Shown piece by piece: positions 60,551 to 64,000 of a stretch of DNA of 64,000 nucleotides. The notes below the pieces were generated by a model. It worked only from the letters and a program-made list of their open reading frames with translations, did no database searches and was not told the origin of the DNA. How positions within the stretch are numbered: the first letter of the stretch is position 1; the number at the start of each line of letters is the position of its first letter. The stretch comes from Candidatus Sulfopaludibacter sp. SbA3. GTDB lineage: Bacteria > Acidobacteriota > Vicinamibacteria > Vicinamibacterales > UBA2999. The position numbers and the translations under genes were made by a program. The stretch is from assembly GCA_945903265.1 (NCBI GenBank), contig CAMDNQ010000013.1:14096-78095 (forward strand), written 5' to 3'.

Positions 60551-61246
60551 TTGAGTCCAATCCTCTTACGGCCCGTTCGCGAGCAACTGGAGCACGACCG
60601 GGTGATTCGCCTGTTACAGGCGAAATATAAGAGAAAATTTGAAGTTTCCATCAACGTTGGGAACGAGCAGAAGGCCCCTGTTCCGATAGGGCAGTCGCCC
60701 TGGTTCCCCGATCTGGTGCTCCAGTCGACCGACAAGGGTCGCAAGATCGTCGGGATTGTCGAGGTCGAAACCTCCGAATCCGTCAATAAAGTTGAAGCGA
60801 TGTCGCAGTGGGTCGCCTTTTCTCGGGCCCGTGCGCAGTTTCACCTGTACGTCCCGGCGTCGATGATCGACGTGGCGCGACAGCTCGCCGGCGATCTGAA
60901 CGTGACCGTCAGTGAGATCTGGTCGTTCGATGTCCTCGGCGACCAGATCCGGTTCATGCTGATCCAGCGTGCGGCCGGAGTGAAATCGCTGGAAGACAAA
61001 GTCCGTGCGACGCCAGCTCCGCGCCCGGTGGCGGCCGCCCGGCGGCCCGCTGCGGCTGCTGCGCGAACGCGAACTGCACGGCCGGCCGCCCCTGCGCGGA
61101 CCTCCTCGCGTCGTCCGGCGGCGGCGCCGCGGCGCAAGACGGCGGCGGCGTCATCGAAAGCGTCATCAAAAACGTCATCGAAAGCGCCATCGCGGAGCGT
61201 CGCCAAAAAAACCTCACGCACATCCAAGGCGCAGAAGCGCAAGTAA
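60551..61246 (+). CDS. PD-(D/E)xK nuclease-fold-like protein with histone H1-like Ala/Lys/Arg/Ser-rich tail
   Basis: The TTG start at 60551 follows GGAG. The core is WFPDLVLQS...IVGIVEVETSES. The C-terminal roughly 75 aa are basic low-complexity (AAARRPAAAAARTRTARP...SSKASSKTSSKAP...KAQKRK). Confidence 0.6.
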   Translation: MSPILLRPVREQLEHDRVIRLLQAKYKRKFEVSINVGNEQKAPVPIGQSPWFPDLVLQSTDKGRKIVGIVEVETSESVNKVEAMSQWVAFSRARAQFHLYVPASMIDVARQLAGDLNVTVSEIWSFDVLGDQIRFMLIQRAAGVKSLEDKVRATPAPRPVAAARRPAAAAARTRTARPAAPARTSSRRPAAAPRRKTAAASSKASSKTSSKAPSRSVAKKTSRTSKAQKRK

Positions 61247-61249
61247 GCC

Positions 61250-61936
61250 GTGCCCTTTTTGCGGGTCATCCGCGACAAGCGCGGCTATGAAACCACCTAC
61301 CTGATGCACTGGTACCGCGAGGGCGGCAGGCAGCGCTCGCGGATCCTGTATGTCTTTCGCAGCCCCGGCGGCGTTCGCGTCGGCCGCGAGCCGCTCGAGC
61401 CCGAGATCCTTCGCGTCCTCGAATCCCAGTACCCCGACATCGCCTTCGACTGGAAATCGGTCCTCGCAAACCGGCAAATCATCGAGAGCACTCCGGAGCC
61501 GCCGCGCCGCAAGAAGCGGCGAAGCCCCGACGGTGAGACGGTGGCACAGGCGCCCGAGGTGGCCGGGGTCGAGGCGCCGCCGGCGCCAGCCGCGCAGCAG
61601 CCGTCGGCTGCACGCGTGCCGATGCCGTCGGGCCTCCAGGGCTCGACGCCTGAAGAACAGATCGCCTTCCTGAATCACTGGTATCCGCTGATCAAGGAAC
61701 GCATCCGTGTTCGCACCACCGATGCCGCGCGCCAGGAAGCGCTGCTCGCGCTCGCGGAGCGCGTGAATACCGCGGCGTGGACCGACGCCGACCAGATCGC
61801 GGCCGGCCTGGCCAGGGCCGGAGAGGCGCTGGAGCGGCTCTCCCGGGTGTTTTCACGGCGGCGGCGGCGTCCGCGCCGGCCCGCCAGGCCGGGCCCGCCT
61901 CCGGCGTCCGAACCGCCCCCGCCATCGGACGCGTAA
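61250..61936 (+). CDS. hypothetical protein
   Basis: The GTG lies 4 nt after the upstream stop. The protein has a conserved-looking N-terminus (MPFLRVIRDKRGYETTYLMHWYREGG), a Pro-rich middle and a basic tail. Confidence 0.55.
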   Translation: MPFLRVIRDKRGYETTYLMHWYREGGRQRSRILYVFRSPGGVRVGREPLEPEILRVLESQYPDIAFDWKSVLANRQIIESTPEPPRRKKRRSPDGETVAQAPEVAGVEAPPAPAAQQPSAARVPMPSGLQGSTPEEQIAFLNHWYPLIKERIRVRTTDAARQEALLALAERVNTAAWTDADQIAAGLARAGEALERLSRVFSRRRRRPRRPARPGPPPASEPPPPSDA

Positions 61937-62550
61937 TGGACTGGCTCGCGCCGGTCGTCCTGCGCATCACGAATCTCGGGCCGTGGGCGCCGGTGGCCTT
62001 CGTGCTCATTTACATCGCCGCGGCGCTGACGATGGCGCCGGCATTTTTTCTGACTGTGGCTGCCGGGGCGTTGTTCGGCGTCTGGCAGGGGAGTGTCGTC
62101 GTCTTCGTCGGTGCGTCGCTGGGTGCTTCCGCTGTGTACGCCGTCGCATCGCCGCTGGCCAAATCCCGATGGATGGCCCGCCTGACGCGCAATCCGCGCA
62201 TCGCGGCCGTCCGCGCGGCGATTGTGGGAGAGGGCGCGTGGGTGATGTTCCTGCTGCGCCTGTCGCCGCTCATTCCGTTCACGCCGCTCAATTACGCGCT
62301 TGCCCTGAGCGGCGTGCGCTATCGGGACTATCTCGTCGCCCTGCTGGGAATGCTTCCCGCAATTCTCATCTACACGTATTACGGGAAGGTCGTGGGCGAC
62401 GTGGCCGCGCTGGCGTCGGGGGTGTCGCCGCCGCGTGGACCGGCCTACTACGCGCTCGCGATCGCGAGCGTCATCGCCATCCTCATCACGACGGCCCTCA
62501 TCTCGAGGGCCGCGCGGCGCGCGCTCGACCATCGGCCGCCGAGTCCATAA
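61936..62550 (+). CDS. TVP38/TMEM64 (DedA-related) family membrane protein
   Basis: The ATG overlaps the upstream stop (TAATG). It has five TM helices with the blocks FLTVAAGALFG and LRLSPLIPF. Confidence 0.85.
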   Translation: MDWLAPVVLRITNLGPWAPVAFVLIYIAAALTMAPAFFLTVAAGALFGVWQGSVVVFVGASLGASAVYAVASPLAKSRWMARLTRNPRIAAVRAAIVGEGAWVMFLLRLSPLIPFTPLNYALALSGVRYRDYLVALLGMLPAILIYTYYGKVVGDVAALASGVSPPRGPAYYALAIASVIAILITTALISRAARRALDHRPPSP

Positions 62551-63054
62551 GCCACTCGACCCGGTCGCCGGCCCGGCGGAGGATCTGCGGGGAAGAGCGA
62601 CGCGATATGCGCGTCCGATCCGATGCCGAGCAGTGTCAGATCAAATGCCCACTCGGTCCGCGATGCAAATACCGTCTGCTGCAGCGTGACGTCATAGGCC
62701 CGGGCTGCTGCCTGGGCGTCGCGGCCGTCGGCAGGAATGGGGTGCACCAATCTGGCATCGACAGGCACGTGCGTGAGGAGCGCCGCGGCGGCCATTCCGT
62801 AATTGCTGTCAGGGTGGCCGGCCGGGACGTCACGCTCATCGCCCCAGAAGAACCGTATCTGGTTCCAGGCAAGTCGAGGCGCGTGGCGCTGGTGCACGGC
62901 AATCGCCTCGTAGACGTGGCGCGCGGTCGTGCCGCCCGTCAGACAGACCGCGGCCTGCCCGCGGATCTCCAGCGCGTTCGCGATGAGGTGTTCGATTCGT
63001 GCCGCCGGACTCGGCGTAGAGGGTGTGTTGATTCGCGTAGACGGTCGCGATCAA
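62448..63054 (-). pseudogene. pgl: 6-phosphogluconolactonase remnant (frameshifted N-terminus, truncated C-terminus)
   Basis: The start-proximal MIATVYANQHTLYAES (TTG at 63054) is one frame off from AARIEHLIANALEIRGQAAVCLTGGTT...FFWGDER...GSDAHIASLFP. Homology stops near 62589, and the frame then runs into the convergent TVP38 gene. Confidence 0.55.
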
Positions 63055-63506
63055 GACCGGAAATGGCGCCGTTCGATCGCGAGAATCTTGTTCAGCCGGC
63101 GCTGGTGGCGCTCTTCACCGGAAAACGTGGCGCCCAGAAATGCCGTCGCGATCTCCTCGGCCACATTGATCCCGATGACCCTCGCCCCCAGGCACAGCAC
63201 GTTCATGTCGTCATGTTCGACGGCCTGATGCGCCGTGTAGACGTCGTGGCAGACCGAGGCACGGATGCCGGGAACCTTGTTCGCGGCAATCGAGACGCCT
63301 GCGCCGCTTCCGCAGACGATGAGCCCGCGCTCGGCTTTTCCGCCGAGGAGCGCGTCGGCGACGGCGACCGCGCAATCCGGGTAGTCGACGGCGTCGGTTG
63401 AATGCGTCCCGAGGTCGAGGACCTCATGGCCGCGCGCGCGCAGTTTGGCGGCCAGGTCCTGCTTCATCTCGAACCCGGCGTGGTCTCCAGCTACCGCAAT
63501 CCGCAT
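63051..63506 (-). CDS. rpiB: ribose-5-phosphate isomerase B
   Basis: The sequence MRIAVAGDHAGFEMK...CGSGAGVSIAANK...HDDMNVLCLG shows RpiB/LacAB family signatures. Confidence 0.92.
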   Translation of the reverse strand: MRIAVAGDHAGFEMKQDLAAKLRARGHEVLDLGTHSTDAVDYPDCAVAVADALLGGKAERGLIVCGSGAGVSIAANKVPGIRASVCHDVYTAHQAVEHDDMNVLCLGARVIGINVAEEIATAFLGATFSGEERHQRRLNKILAIERRHFRS

Positions 63507-63542
63507 CGGCAGCTATCTTAGCCGGTTGGTATACTGCACGGC

Positions 63543-64000
63543 ATGCGAACAGCCCCTAAACACCTGTCGGGCGTGGCAGTTGCGGTCGCCCTTTCGGCGG
63601 CGCTGTCGACCATGCTGTCGGCCGTCGCATCCGGCCAGGAGCCTCCGCCGCCCGCCCCGAACGGAGCCGGGGGGCAGGTGCCCCAGACGCCAGGGGCGAC
63701 CTTCCGCGTCGCCGTCGACCTCGTGACGACCGACCTCATCGCGCGCGACGGGCAGGGGCAGTTCGTGTCGGATCTCAAGGTCAACGAATTCGAAGTATTC
63801 GAGGACGGGGTCAAGCAGGAGATCGTGTCGCTCGTCCTGACGCACGGCGGCCGCGTGTTCAACGTCCAGGCGCCGCCGCCGGCGCCCGTCCAGGAGGGCA
63901 TCATCCTTCCCGCCGCCCGGCCCACCAATGACGCCGCGGGGCGCGTGTTCCTGATCTTCATCGATGACCTGCATCTCGACTTCAGGCTGACGCCGCGGAC
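63543..64000 (+). CDS. exported VWFA-related 'acidobacterial' N-terminal domain protein, 5' part only
   Basis: The ATG at 63543 opens a frame that runs to the window end. It has a signal peptide followed by FRVAVDLVTTDLIARDGQGQFVSDLKVNEFEVFEDGVKQEI, the pattern I recall for TIGR03436-type proteins. It is absent from the ORF track because no stop falls inside the window. Confidence 0.75.
   Translation, partial: MRTAPKHLSGVAVAVALSAALSTMLSAVASGQEPPPPAPNGAGGQVPQTPGATFRVAVDLVTTDLIARDGQGQFVSDLKVNEFEVFEDGVKQEIVSLVLTHGGRVFNVQAPPPAPVQEGIILPAARPTNDAAGRVFLIFIDDLHLDFRLTPR

Overview
This 64-kb window is a densely packed, high-GC (about two-thirds G+C by eye) bacterial chromosome segment. I call about 75 protein-coding genes and one tRNA-Glu(UUC). 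I found no rRNA, CRISPR array, transposase, integrase or phage gene. The gene content suggests Acidobacteriota, which is an inference. It rests on a CarboxypepD_reg-type TonB receptor, an N-terminal VWFA-related 'acidobacterial' domain at the right edge, and many exported TPR, cytochrome and DUF proteins.

Recognisable housekeeping and metabolic genes:
- Heme synthesis and pentose-phosphate genes: hemE, hemY, rpiB, and a degraded pgl.
- Other enzymes: arginase, pepF, selO, a beta-carbonic anhydrase (can), an SDR sugar epimerase and an M20 amidohydrolase.
- Transcription and RNA-binding genes: greB, an RRM protein plus a cold-shock protein.
- Transport and envelope genes: tctCBA with flanking oxidoreductases, two MFS transporters, a VKOR-thioredoxin fusion, an FKBP lipoprotein and a rhomboid protease.

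Many long ORFs in the six-frame track are antisense 'shadow' ORFs or 5' over-extensions. I trimmed starts to signal peptides, Shine-Dalgarno sites or homology onsets.

Candidates most worth a second look:
1. A five-gene minus-strand operon at 43470-48127. It holds two tandem diheme cytochromes c, a ComEC-type MBL hydrolase and two tandem paralogs of an unknown exported family. It faces a divergent bicupin / EF-hand-bearing MBL / acidic-peptide unit.
2. An N-terminally anchored protein at 54867-56021 with an exact HxDxKxxN protein-kinase catalytic loop.
3. A CxxC...CxxC-VW zinc ribbon found once fused to a receiver domain (7134-7679) and once free next to a stand-alone receiver (26614-27472).
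4. Two fibre-like exported proteins: one with a coiled coil and a C1q/TNF-like head, one with about 47 collagen triplets.
5. A roughly 295-nt nested inverted-repeat element at 2286-2580.
6. A recurring class of 6-7-nt-period low-complexity repeats in intergenic spacers.
7. A PD-(D/E)xK-like protein with a histone-H1-like tail.

All functional calls come from motif reading only. No database search was run.
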